Shown piece after piece: positions 1-25,115 of a DNA stretch of 64,000 nt. Position 1 is the stretch's first letter; the number at the start of each line of letters is the position of its first letter. The DNA comes from Phoronis australis. Its lineage: Eukaryota > Animalia > Phoronida. Where the stretch lies: assembly GCA_002633005.1 (NCBI GenBank), contig NMRA01000188.1:478883-542882 (forward strand). Direction: 5' to 3'. The translations under genes were made by a program, and so were the position numbers. The notes under the pieces were generated by a model, which saw only the letters and a program-made list of their open reading frames with translations, had not been told where the DNA came from and made no database searches.

Positions 1-720
1 ATAAAGTTAGTAAAAAATAACTTCCACAGGTTTTCCACTTTGTCTTGGTCCAAATGCATGGTGTACACTGTAATGCCGACCTCAAACGAAAGCCTATGCT
101 GTTCCCACTGGACGGTGACTTGAGCACCCAAACCGCTTACATTCCGCCGCTTTACTCCCTTGCCGCACACTTGGTACCTTCTAAATAACTCAAATACTTG
201 AGTCCACAATAAACTGGTAAAGTTTGGCTCACCGGCCTGTTCACTGAACGACGAACTGTCCTCCTCACTGGGTGTCGAACTGCGCATGTATTCACTCCTA
301 CTACACGACATCTCTGCAGGGCTGCTTACAGGTTCTGGGATGGAAATAACACCAGAACAGGGCTAATCACTGCTAGATCCCGGAATTGTACGAGCGACAT
401 TAGATGAAGGGGCTCCAGTCACTGTAGAGGCTGCAGCTCACTTCAAAACTGCACTCTTGGGTAGTGGCGACGGGACGCTGCCGCTAATCAACATCGTTGT
501 CTTGCAGGAACTTCCATCAATTCCGAGTACACGTCTCTTTCGTAATCCGACGGCAGAAAATACTTTGCCACACACTCGGCATTTCTTCACTGCTTTGTAT
601 ATTGCGTGGATGGGTAAAGCTGCGTTCTTCACACGAACGAGCTAGAAGTAGGGCGGAGTGTGTCATCTTTCGGAAAGCGATGGTATACCCAAAGTGCGCG
701 TGAGACGATAATGAGTACAT
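1..720 (-). pseudogene. Possible decayed transposon-associated coding remnant (Cys-rich, frameshifted)
   Basis: Broken minus-strand frames give YKAVKKCRVCGKVF, LWTQVFELFRRYQVCGKE and KRFG/AQVTVQWE, interrupted by stops and frameshifts. This resembles Zn-ribbon regions of invertebrate DNA-transposon proteins; recognised by eye only. Confidence 0.25.
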
Positions 721-1090
721 CGATCTCGGAACGGAGCAACCGTGCGGCGAGTTGACTGACTCGTAAACAAACGCAAACGACGACTGAACTTATCACAACC
801 AAGGTTGACTGACTCGACAGCTCACGCAGTCAGGCTATATGAAAACAAAATGGTGGGAAATTCTTAACCCCCTAAACCTCACTTCCGGAGAAAGGCCCGA
901 CTAATTAATTAAATTACGGAAACCCGTTATTAACTGAAAAATACGTCTGGGATAACCAACGAATAGTATTTTTATAAAAAATCACATTAAAATGGTTGCT
1001 TTCTCTTTTTAAACATTGCAGTTGTACAATTGGAAGGCATTCTTAGTTTATCAACAATAATTCTGCCTTGACTTGAATGGTTATTTCGAG

Positions 1091-2119
1091 CTAATACGCG
1101 ACGGGATGTTTACAAATATACTTTTTAATTCTTCCCAGTAACAAGCGCAGCTGTTGGCGGAAAGTTTCACACCGCCAGTTGTAAATAAAAAAGTTGATGA
1201 AGCTGCCACACGTCATTATCCAGTAAGCTATGAACAGGGCAACTCTCATTTGGGCGCTGTATTCCTTGTCTGGGTCATAGCCCCATTTCTCCATCGCTTG
1301 TATTGCCAACATTGGAATATAACACATTATAAATCCGCCGATGAGCAGAGCACTGGTAACAAAGTGTTTCAGTTTTTGTTGACTGCACATCAACTCGTGT
1401 TTTATAACCTCCTCCGAATACGCCAGCGTTGATGGGAAGGTGGCACGAATGGCCCGTCGGTGACGAATGACAATTTTTCGCACTTTCCAGAAGCACACGA
1501 ACATGATTATCAGTGGAATGCCTATTGCTGCCGAATTAGCTATTCCTTGAGTGATATTACCTGGTTGATAAAACGGAGCGCATGATTTCACGGGTGACAC
1601 ATAGGTGTAAGTTCTCCATCCTGTGGGTGGCTGGATACAAGCCAACGCTATTAAGACAAACTGAACAAATATCAAACCAATTTGTTTTCTTTTTGTCATG
1701 AAGAGTATGTAACGAACACCCTTTGTTATTCTGAAGAATCGGTCCAGAGTGATCATGGCAAGAGTTGTAATGGATATGAAGAACGCCAAAGTTTTTACAG
1801 TGCCGATGAATGTGCACAATGCATCGTCATACGGCCATATTCCGTAGTAGGCTGGTTCCACTGACGCGAAAGAAACTAAACCGATGACTAAATCGGTGCA
1901 ACTTAGCTCCAACATGAAGATACCACCAAGTGCTTGGAGGTTGCTGACTGCATAAATACAGATATTTAACAGATTGACAATAGTACAAAATAAACTGATG
2001 CTGACAATGACAATGACGTAAAGCCATCCGAGCTGCTGGTCGCAAGGACAAACTGCCGTTCGAGTTGTGTTATGGTTTAGCCAGAAATCGAACTGCTCAT
2101 TTTCACCGTCCATCGACAT
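1091..2119 (-). CDS. Orphan rhodopsin-like (class A) G protein-coupled receptor, intronless CDS, 342 aa
   Basis: Seven hydrophobic segments; TM2 LSCTDL; ECL1 WPY..LC; TM3 LDRF (DRY-like); TM5 GIP; TM6 FIMCYIP; TM7 INFFIY followed by helix-8 FR; N-terminal NTT sequon. A 5'-UTR intron is possible (donor GG|GTAAGT at 2493, AG at 2126-2125). Confidence 0.93.
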   Translation of the reverse strand: MSMDGENEQFDFWLNHNTTRTAVCPCDQQLGWLYVIVIVSISLFCTIVNLLNICIYAVSNLQALGGIFMLELSCTDLVIGLVSFASVEPAYYGIWPYDDALCTFIGTVKTLAFFISITTLAMITLDRFFRITKGVRYILFMTKRKQIGLIFVQFVLIALACIQPPTGWRTYTYVSPVKSCAPFYQPGNITQGIANSAAIGIPLIIMFVCFWKVRKIVIRHRRAIRATFPSTLAYSEEVIKHELMCSQQKLKHFVTSALLIGGFIMCYIPMLAIQAMEKWGYDPDKEYSAQMRVALFIAYWIMTCGSFINFFIYNWRCETFRQQLRLLLGRIKKYICKHPVAY

Positions 2120-3052
2120 TGTGTCTGCCAGGAACTAATCTTTGAATCGGTATGCTTCAGCCGACCACACACCTTCTGGCAACGCCAATACTGTTCACGT
2201 TCCTCGTAATTTATACCTACTCAGGAAAATATAATTGGCGTCACGATAATGATTGACAGTTTGGGCTACGTAAGAGTTAGATGTTTGGTCATCAAACAAG
2301 TGGTGAAACGCTAGCAGTTTCAGTGGCTAAAATGCTATTAAAAAGGATAGCCAGTCAGACTGAGGAATGTTCGTGAAGAGTAAGTTGTTTGTTTCCTCAC
2401 CATCTGAGTCCCTTAGAATTGAAAATATGTCAAAACCCACGTTCACTCTTTGCATAAATTGATTGATGTGACAACAGAACAAAGGCAACTTACCCCTGAG
2501 CATATTTGTCCTTTGAAGTTAGCAATGTGGCTTCAAAACTGCTAGCAAAAACGCCAACTAAGTTTTGGGGTAATTAAAACTTTCAGGAAAGCGCAAGCAA
2601 AAGAGACCCTTACGATCACCGGCGTCTTTCCTGTTAGCGAATGTGCTAGCGAAAACCCTACAGCCGATTTCATAAAGGTGGTTTAAAGTTAAACCTGGTT
2701 TACACTGGACTTAGACCAGGTTTAAAGATAAACTGCATTTCATAAAGATGGTTTAACTTTTAGACCAGTGGTCTAGTAAAACCTGGTTTCACTCCAGTTT
2801 AGACCTGGTCTAAGTCAGTTTTCATTTCACCAACGAGGTCTATATTCTTTAGACCTGTATTAAAATCTTAAACCATGTTTAACTTGAGACTTGGTCAGAC
2901 CCAGGTTTAACTGTTAAACATGTCAGACTTGCATGCATGGTATAGGTACAACTGAATAATGCCGTGGAGAGCATTTGCAACGGTTTTAGAGCGAAAATGG
3001 ACTACCGGTGTTTTCAATATTCAGTTTTACTATGACACAAGATCAAACGTAG

Positions 3053-3199
3053 CAGGGGCAGATCCAGGATGGGGGGAATGTCAAGAACTTTTTTAAAGGG
3101 GGGCCAAGTCAACAATTTGATAATTATAGATTTGATATCACTAATTTCAAGGGAAAAAAGAGGACTCCGGACCCCTTGACCCCCGTGGATCCGCTTATG
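3053..3199. mobile_element. Short MITE of the CAGGGGCGGATCC type
   Basis: Ends CAGGGGCAGATCCA and TGGATCCGCTTATG form an imperfect inverted repeat; flanks CGTAG / CGAAG give a near 5-bp TSD; related to the element at 5186-5423. Confidence 0.6.
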
Positions 3200-3312
3200 C
3201 GAAGAACAGTACTTGCTGGAGTGTGTCCTGCGGATTTCTCAGAATACGACTGGTCGAGCAGGGCGTAAGCGCTACGGATTTGACTAAAGACAGCATCTTC
3301 TGATTCTTCTGA

Positions 3313-4091
3313 CTTATTTATTAATGTAATATTTACAATGAGGGTAGCCCCATCAGTTCACACTGCTTTCCATGGGAGCCCTCAGTAAAAAACAAACAGA
3401 TAGTAAGACAAAAACAGAATTACACAATGAAAGACAAATTTAAGTAATAAGCAAAGAATAAGAAATTAACATGGAAAGACTGATGAAGCAAAATAAAAAA
3501 TAAAATATGATAAATAAAAGATAAAGACATTAAGACAAGATAATTAACAAAAAAATAAAGAAAATATAAATATAAAAAATTAAAACAGACAATAAATAAT
3601 TAGTAAAAGTAAGATAATATATAAATAACAAATGAATGAACATGCAATTTAGACACTACATGGAGTTAAATCTATTTCTTACAATTCTTTTAAAGGTTAG
3701 AAAGGATGATGTAGATTTGGCATCTGCAGGGAGAGAGTTCCATAAAAAGGGCCCGCTGTAGGAAAACGATATTTTCCCAGTCTCGCTTCTGCGTTTAGGA
3801 AGACTGAAATCAGATAATGATGAGGACCTAGCGATTAGTAGTCATCTTAAACTTAGCACATAAGTAAGATGGGACAAGGCCTTTAAAACATTTGTACATA
3901 CAACAAGCAGATAGGAATTGATGTCTTGTGTGAATTTTCATTATACCAGTCTCTTTATGAAGGTTTTCGATACTAATATCTCTAACACAAACATCTCCCA
4001 GAATAATCTGGGAAGCCCTACTTTGGATAAACTGGATGGTTTTCATATCCTTGCCTGATGTAACACCCCACACCGGGAGGCAATAATCTAG
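3313..4091 (-). mobile_element. 5'-truncated L2/CR1-clade LINE (ORF2 C-terminus plus 3' UTR)
   Basis: Translates LDYCLPVWG...IQSRASQII...CMYKCFKGLVPSYL, then FSYSGPFLWNSLP...FKR, the typical post-RT tail of L2/CR1 ORF2. A T-rich UTR follows, ending in a stem-loop-like segment and an AATAAATAA tail. Confidence 0.85.
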
Positions 4092-4567
4092 GTGAGTTCC
4101 ACCTCCACTGTTCTCCGATTTAATGTTGCCAGGAAGGGGTCTTGCCCCCCGCTTTGGCCGCAGAAAATAAATACTAAAATGACAAGGAAATAAATTTGGG
4201 CATGTAACATGTTAAATTTAATCGGAAGCATGTTCTTTAATGTGTGTGTGTTGATTACAGAAATTACAGTTTTCCACATGAGAAAAGCTTTTAGATGTTT
4301 TTCGTAAACGTGTGCACTGATTCTACTAGTGTATGCCATTGTATACCCATGTGATCAAGGTTTCATTGAAGCACTTCAATAGTTTCTTTGTTGGGTTTAC
4401 CCAGCTCGACACAGTGGGGTGCCTTTGAGACTTTAAACCTGGTTTTACTGAACCAGCTCCCTCATCTAGCAACCAGGCTTTCAGACTCTTAAATCATGTT
4501 GGTGAAATGCAAGTCAGGTCTAAAATTAGTCCAGGTTTAGGAAGACCAGGTTTAAGTCTAAAACCTG

Positions 4568-4968
4568 GGCCCGGTCTCCAATCTTTTTACTCGAAATGGA
4601 ACTCGAAATTAGGTTTGGCATTTTCTACTCTACTTTTGGGCGAACTCAAGATAAGTGTCTATTATTCAATGCTCGAGTACACAATAACTTACGTAGATAA
4701 TTTATTGCCCTTAGTTCACAGTTTGTAAACCCAATATTAAAGCAATAAGTTCCAGTTTGAACTCGAAATTTCGAGTTTTTATTCGAGTTTGTAGCACGAA
4801 TATAAGGGTCTTTAAGGGCAAACTTGAACTAGAAATTCCTATGCATAAACTATGATGTATTCGAGCACAGTCTGATAACCAATTATCTTAAGTTCGCACA
4901 AAAGGAGCAGAGAAATTGCCAAAAATAGTTTCGAGTTCATTTCGAGTACAAAGATTTGAGACCGGACC
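4568..4968. mobile_element. Harbinger-type MITE inserted in the right subterminal region of the 2661-5003 element
   Basis: Long imperfect TIRs (GGCCCGGTCTCCAATCTTTTTACTCGAAATG vs reverse complement GGTCCGGTCTCAAATCTTTGTACTCGAAATG, similarity over about 90 bp); TSD CTG (4565-4567, 4969-4971). Confidence 0.85.
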
Positions 4969-5185
4969 CTGGTTTTGTTAAACCACCTTTATGAAATCGG
5001 CTGCTAGTGTTCTAGCCACCATGTGAACCGGGCATTAGCTCTGGTATGTGAACCGAGTATTAACCCTAGCATGTGAACCGGAATAAGGAATTCGTCCTCT
5101 GTTCATGAAAAGTTCAAGAAAATATAACATGGTCAGTATTTTTGTAAACTACGTAACATGATTAGCATTCCAAGGCAGTGTCACC

Positions 5186-5423
5186 CAGAGGCGGATCTAC
5201 AGGGGGGGGGGTTCAGGGGGTTTAAACCCCCCCTCGGGACAGGATCAAAAATAAAAACTGGAAAAAATCGCCAGAAAAACGAAATTAGCTACTAAAAATC
5301 CCAAAAAATCTCACACGGGAGGAGGGAAACCCTCTCGCGACCTTCCTTCTCCTCGGCGCTACGCGCCTCGGATTCTCTCGAATCCTAAACCCCCCCCTTA
5401 CTGAAATCGTAGATCTGCCACTG
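5186..5423. mobile_element. MITE with 5-bp TSD (hAT5-like)
   Basis: TIR CAGAGGCGGATCTAC / GTAGATCTGCCACTG; exact TSD TCACC at 5181-5185 and 5424-5428. Confidence 0.8.
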
Positions 5424-8400
5424 TCACCCACACGTACCAGTCGAGATTGGCCAACTCGACAGGCTCACTAATCACCAGCCTTGAAATCCGCGAGCAATCT
5501 TCAAAAAATTTTGAACCATCCAGTTGTGGACAATTACATCGATTTGGACACAGCAAGCTGCTGATATTAATGTTCGTTCTTGGCTTCGTCCGCACTCTGT
5601 GACTGGCGGGGACAGCCTGCAGTTTTGCTTCTCATTGTTATACGGTGGGTAATTTAATGGGCAATTGCCAAGACTTATAAAACAGCTAACAACAGTTGTC
5701 ACCGGCACGAGATCTATAGCTTAAGTTTTTGCGTACAGTGACTTACGCAATCTTAAGTAAATTCTTCATTGTGTAACGAGCACTTGTGTCATAAAAAGAA
5801 TCCAACGTTGACACCCCCACCGTTCTAGTTTGATTAACTCGATCGGTTTGCGTACCACAGAATGTGCCTCAAAGATCAAAGACACCATGCAGATATAGCC
5901 AATTACATCGCCTCAGCCTGCTGATATGTTATCGTTCTCTATGATCAGATCCACAGGGTCGACAGTGGTATTTTTAGATTATCGTTTTGAAAGTTTTTAG
6001 AAAGTTTTTTAGATAGAATATTTGAATAGTTCGTGAACTGCACACGATTAAACTTTTGAATTTTGGAAATCCCGCGACAAGAAATGTGACTTTTACAACT
6101 CAAAACGTTTGTGGAATGTTGCCATATCATGTTCCTCACTAATTCTGGTGGGTGCAGTATAATTGGGCCAGTTACCAAACCACTAGGCACTATTTGGGTT
6201 TTGAGGTAGCCAAGTGTCATCGTACATCCATAGATCCGTCCATTAGCAGAATTAGGCGCTGTGCCAAGGCAACATATTCTGGATCAGCTTGAGTCAAAAC
6301 AGACACCACTTCACAAGGACACAGTTCGATCTTCAGTGGATAGATATTCAAACAGGGTACAGGCTTCCCCCCGTGCCCCCCATCCCCCCTCCCCCCGCGA
6401 GCACCGATCGGCGCCAGGGGTTTGGTGACGGGGCTGCTGAAAACAGGTGTCCTTTTTCTTACTTTTGCTGATCGAAGGCAAAATACTAATCTACTAATGT
6501 AGATTATCTATTCTTGCATTTGTTTTCGTGATCAGATAACTGTATTGGATAAAGAGCTGCAGCAAACAGATTGAGCCAGCAGAAGGCGTTGCCAATTGAC
6601 CACGCCTTCTGTCTTAAGACAGCGAACTAAGGCTTTAGATTTGCTTCAATTAACGAGTAGACGTTTTGCCTTGCAGGGGAGGTCGTTTTGCCTCTGACGT
6701 GAACATAGCTTAATTGTTACTACCAACCAGCGAGATGCCCAGTAGCCACAAATGTAGGACTACGTGGTCATTGCCATTGCCATTGCCACCGATTGTTCCC
6801 CATCAATGTCGCACCACCCCTCCCCGAAGGGTAGTCACTGATTTTATGGGCTCGCCAACTACGCCATCGACTGCTAAATATGCCCCGGTTTAAGCTTACA
6901 GAATTTGAGTTCGGGTAAGGCTGAGTTAAGTGCTTTATGCATCTTCTGCTTGTTTCTGCTGCTGGTTCAATGCTGACACAAAATGTTTAAGTTGGTGATT
7001 TTAATTAATCTCAAATTTTCAATAATCAGTGGATATGCCGTCGTTGATATCAGTTTTTCCAAATGATCTCGTACACGTTATTGCTAATATTACTTTAATA
7101 AAAACAAAAACAGTTTTAAATCGTGACATGTTTTAAGGGAACCGTCCCATAAACGTTTATTCTCAAATAATCGTCTCAGGACTGCATACAAAGAAAATCA
7201 GTACAGAGTTACTCCTTGGTTACAACAAAAGCAGTTTTGGAATCATTAGTTGTCAAGCCAGAAGTATTTGCATGGTAGTCCAATACCTTCATCGTCTTTG
7301 CCAAGGAGCCCAGAGAACCGTCTAAAACAAATGTTGTATCGTCCGAATACTGAGTGATTTTATACTATGTGCCTTTATATTTTTACTGCGTTTTACAGCA
7401 ATTGACATTTCATAGAGGATCACCCTGTCTACAACCTCTTTGTAGAGGATAGGTCTCGGACAGAAAGCCGGCCGCGTGCGACTGGGTTATTCTAAAATGT
7501 ATATCGATTGCCTGAAGGATACATTAAAATTAAACAACTTTAAAACTTCATAAATGAAATCCTATGATTAGCTATCAAAGGCTTTTTCAAAATCAAATTG
7601 CAGAAGGAGTCCTCAGTGGATTTGACGGTTTTCAGTACAGTTGATGATGCCATATAAAAGTCGTGTACATACACCATTGTGTTTGCCCTTAATAAAACCA
7701 TTTTGATCACTAGATGTATAAGCATTTATAAATCTCTTTAGCTTGTTTGCAATGCATCTAGCAGTTAGTTTATAGCCTGAATATAACAATGTAATAGGTT
7801 TCCACTTTGTCAGGAACTGTTCCGGTTTATCAAGTTTTGGTATACCTGTTATACTACCATTTTTTGAGTTTCTCGGAAATTAGTCAGGTAGGAGCGAAAA
7901 ACAGATGGTACACTTGCTTTCTCATGCAGTCAGAAGCAGCCGACTAGTTACTGCTGCACACGTCAACAGGTGATTTTTGTTTACTTTTGATGGAACAGTC
8001 GGCCCAAGTAAGGTTAAGCAACTTTTAATACTTAATTTTATACTGAGCTTGTCAGACAATATCATCACAGTATTAAAATCTATACATTTGTTTTACTCAG
8101 ATTTATTTTTGTCTCAGAATTACAACAAAGTTACAACTTGCATGGAAAATCACGAAATCCAAAATAAATAACCTGAACACAGACCTGTGTTCACCAACAA
8201 GAGACAATGTCTTGAGGAAAAAATGACCATACTGCGGTTTCAACTTACCGGCATGATAACACCGCCAACCTCCCTTTAGGTAGTTAAAAGGTGGAGAAAT
8301 TGAGGTCGAGAGGTTTTCCGTATACCAAACATAATACAAGAAAAATGACATCACGCAAAACTACGCAAAATTACGGGAGTGGGCGAGTGCAACAAAGATC

Positions 8401-8649
8401 TTGCAAGATTTTCCATTTTTCACAGATAAGTACAAGTAGCAAGTACCAAGTAAATACTTAATTGTTTTTGAAATCTATACCATGGCAAAAGTTCCAAGAC
8501 AATGTTTTGAGAAACTGCCCGAATTGACAATGTTAAAAGCTCCTCAAAAATTATGATCAGGTCAATTTTGGCAATTATTTCCGTCCGACTTTGGCAAGAT
8601 CGTTAGGACGTGAGTCAGTTCATTACAAACAAAAAATACAGTTCAAGTG

Positions 8650-9410
8650 GGCTGATTTCATTTGTGGTGCATCAGACGTGCGCAGGCCTCATAGTTGGGC
8701 CCATTGCTCAAAACACCTGAGCTAAAAACACGAGAGCCCCCTTATGGTTCTTCCTGAAGGAAGATTTCAAGTCTGCCCGTCTCCTTTAAGAAAACGAACA
8801 GACTCTTTCATTTGTTGCCATGCACTGTATGTTGTAGGCATGTAACAGTGCCAGCCAGTAGGGTGCTCCTTAGCCTATAAAAAACGAAGGAATAAAATTG
8901 TTTTAGTAGTTTAAGGCTATGTATGAACTAATCCACAAGTTAGTGTATTTAATAACTAAATATCAACAAAATTTAAGATTTTAACTCTGACAGTAAAAGC
9001 ACATAATTTCTGAAAATGAAACACCTATACAATTTGATTGATGACTTAACAATCAGTCAACTCCAACTAATTGGACCACAGGACAACTCTTTTTAGTAAA
9101 ATTTAGTAAAAAAGAGAAGTACATTAATAGCAAAACAACAGTATCAATAAAATGGCTAAATTTTGTTAAATATCAGTATTCAAAATAAAAACCCTAAAAC
9201 GCTGTTGTAGTTTTTGATGGACTTCATACAAAAATAGAAAGTCTGTCCATTTTCTTAAAGCTAAAAGGACACAGGCAGACTAGTAAACTTCCCTCATTAA
9301 GAACCTGTTTATCGAGAATGGGCTCTCATGTTTTTAGCTCAGGTGTTCAGTGCAATGGGCCCAACCATGAGGTCTTCGCACGTCTGATGCACCGAAATGA
9401 CATCAGACCA
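8650..9410. repeat. Inverted pair of ~90-bp repeat copies
   Basis: 8650-8739 (GGTGCATCAGACGTGCGCAGGCCTCATAGTTGGGCCCATTGC...CACCTGAGCTAAAAACA) is the approximate reverse complement of 9320-9410; a third diverged copy lies near 27840-27895. Confidence 0.75.
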
Positions 9411-10121
9411 GCTGCACGCTTTTTTACAAAAAAACAACATGTTTGGAATCCTAACAGTGTCTTCGAGAACTGTGCATAAAGCACAGTATTTGAAAGTTTG
9501 ATTGAATCCAAAAACCCATTTCTTATATATTATAATCCGAAGATGGTCAAATTTGTAAGTAGAGATCAACTGTTATTCAATTAAGACACTTCCACCTTCT
9601 CTCAAAAAGTCAATATTGCGGTTCAAGAGTTATTGACATACAATTTAGCAAATTTTATAAGGAATTTTCAAACTCATTGTCACCTTTTGAGGGCTGGTGA
9701 TGTTTACAGAGCATGGTGTAGCTTCAACGATTCCTCAGTCACATGGTCCTAGTTACAGACTAAAGCAGAGTATGGTATCACACCTGACAGACATTGACAT
9801 TCACAGGGTGAACATACAGAACCATTTGCTATTTTGCTATGATGACAAACCATAGGCAACTGAATGAATGTTCACATCTTGAATCAGTTGTAGGTTTACA
9901 ACTTCACTGAATGTGATAAGGCCCCTATTTGTCATATTACAGTCAAAACAAGGCAATTATAAACAGAAAGATATTGCATATGTACTTTAAAAACTGAACC
10001 AGTGGTAGAAAGACAAATGGCATTTCAAAACATCTCATGTCTGTTATAAAGTTATCAAACATTCATGATTTCAGAACATAAAGCACAGGTCATGACTGCA
10101 GACTTCTACACAACTTTGACT

Positions 10122-10190
10122 TTGCTATGAGTGACCTTTGACATGATTGCTATAAGTGACCTTTGACATTGCTACGAGTGACCTTTGACA
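10122..10190. repeat. Three tandem ~22-25 bp units GCTAyrAGTGACCTTTGACA
   Basis: Direct reading of the sequence; lies just 3' of the ABHD18 stop codon. Confidence 0.8.
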
Positions 10191-10200
10191 CCACCAATCA

Positions 10201-23146
<12,946 letters not shown>

Positions 23147-23268
23147 TCATGCATTTTTCAGCTGAAAGATTAAAACAACAAACTTTGAATAACTGAGTTA
23201 AGCCATTATCGAGATTTTAGTACTCCATTTTTTTTACCAACATCAGTCCAAAGCTGTATATTTATAGT

Positions 23269-24870
23269 TAGCAAGCCAGCTAACGTATGAAAACTATAAT
23301 CAAAATACAGTTAGGAACCACTGTGCACATATCTCACACTGACCTCGAAATCTCATGCCTTTGGGTAGCTCTGCTCGTCACCTTGTCATGAAACTTATAT
23401 CAACATATAAGCAGGGGCACATGCAAAATCTGGGAGTCAAGCAGCATTCACATTGCCCATCACAGCCATTTAAGTAAAAAGAAATTAAGAACTGTTATTT
23501 TACAGCATTGCAATAAAGAAAACTCTTCAGTACGCTCATGACATGCAAACGTGCCATTCGTTAATTTTTTGTAACATCTTTCAGGAGATGTTGACAGCTT
23601 CGTTGAAGATAAGTTCGAGCTGAAATTCGATTTGCTGGAATTAAAAGTACTAAAAACTTATATCGAAGTGAAACCAGTTCAAATTATTTGTTGTTCCATG
23701 CACACATCCCAGCCATGCACACATCCCAGCCATGCACACATCCCAGTGGAAGAAGTTGTTTGAAGTAGGCAAAATAGGAAACTGGCCAATAGGTAACGTT
23801 CTACTTCTATTTTTAACACTGCGTATAGCAGGCGGTATGCCATCATATCCCCTGGCATGCACAGTGTAAAAATGGCCAATTACTGATTTTGGGAATTGGA
23901 CAAGAACAATTTTGGTAACGGGAGTATTTCTGCGAGTTGGAAGGAAATAAATGCACCGACGGCCTCCTCAGGTGTCCCTCTATATGCAAAAGGTATTTAT
24001 AACAATGTGACTTTGATGTTTTAGTCAGTGTGAGGTATAATTTGCCAAAAAGCTTCCGGCGTATGAAGCTCCTAAAGGCGCTCCACTGTCTCTACAGTCT
24101 AGTCAGCATGAGACGGTTGTCACTGTTCAGTAGCAGCACTAGCCAGCCAGCTAGCTGTATGAAGACTATCATCAAAATACAGCTAGGTACCACTGTGTGT
24201 TTTTCTTCCATAGACCCCGAAATTGCACACAGCCTGGGTAGTTCTGCTCGTCAACTCGCCGTGACACCTGTATCAACATGTAGAGCTAAAGACCGGATGG
24301 GGTGCATGCAAAATCTGGGAATCAACCGAAACTCACCTTGCACGTTACAACCGTTTAAGCGAAAAACAATGCAGTAAACATCATTTTCTAGCGTCATTCT
24401 CGACCTTTTGTATCAATGAAAAGTGTGTTGTCGTTTTGAAAACAGTATACTCGTGTCACGTGCATGCGCCATTTCCTAAATTTTTGCGACAACTTCGCAG
24501 CGGCAAAATTTGTTCTGAAATTCGGTTTTTCGGAATTGAAATTTTAAAACTTATAATGAAGTGAAACCATTTCCAATAATTTGTTGTGACGTGTGCATAA
24601 CCTCATGAAAGAACAACAGTTGATTGAAGAATCGGGGAATAAAGAAACTGGCCAATAGGTGATGCAAAATTTCATGGTGCTGAAGCTGAAAGCCGACGCA
24701 GATCGCTCCACAACTTTAGCAGTAGAATAACAGTAGAACGCCATATTTTCCAACACCGATAAATAAGTTTACTCAAGGAAGACTGTAGTTTTTAATGACA
24801 CTAATTTTGTGTCAGATTTTATCTTGCCATTTTTTACTCACATCGGCAAAAAGCTGTATATTTAGTATGC
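23269..24870. repeat. Two diverged copies (~23269-23885 and ~24140-24870) of the interspersed family also present at 58452-59209
   Basis: Shared blocks AAAATACAGTTAGG(A/T)ACCACTGTG, GGGTAG..CTGCTCGT, CATGCAAAATCTGGGA and GAAACTGGCCAATAGGT; the copy at 58452-59209 is in the opposite orientation. Confidence 0.8.
23696..23746. repeat. Perfect 17-bp tandem repeat (CCATGCACACATCCCAG) x3
   Basis: Direct reading; lies inside the repeat copy above. Confidence 0.92.
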
Positions 24871-25115
24871 AGCTTTGTACCAAGGTCTATATAATAATTA
24901 ACTTATAAAGTATACACCGGTGACCTAAAGTCGTGAATATAAGCATAATAAGCACTTGATTGTCATACTACCCAATGTCCGTTTGCAACTGCTCATGTGA
25001 TGTCATGGACATATATCAGCCTTCACAACTATACGTGTTTTGACAATCTGAATCCTTGTTTGTATCCGTAAGCAGAGTTTTAAAACAGTCGCTGATATCG
25101 CCGGCCATTTTGAAT

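Larger units (their letters stand above)
2661..5003. mobile_element. Non-autonomous TIR DNA transposon (PIF/Harbinger-like) carrying three nested insertions
   Basis: Perfect 25-bp TIR CAGCCGATTTCATAAAGGTGGTTTA (2661-2685 and 4979-5003); 3-bp TSD CTA (2658-2660, 5004-5006); subterminal arrays of AAACC(A/T)GGT-like motifs at both ends. Confidence 0.85.
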
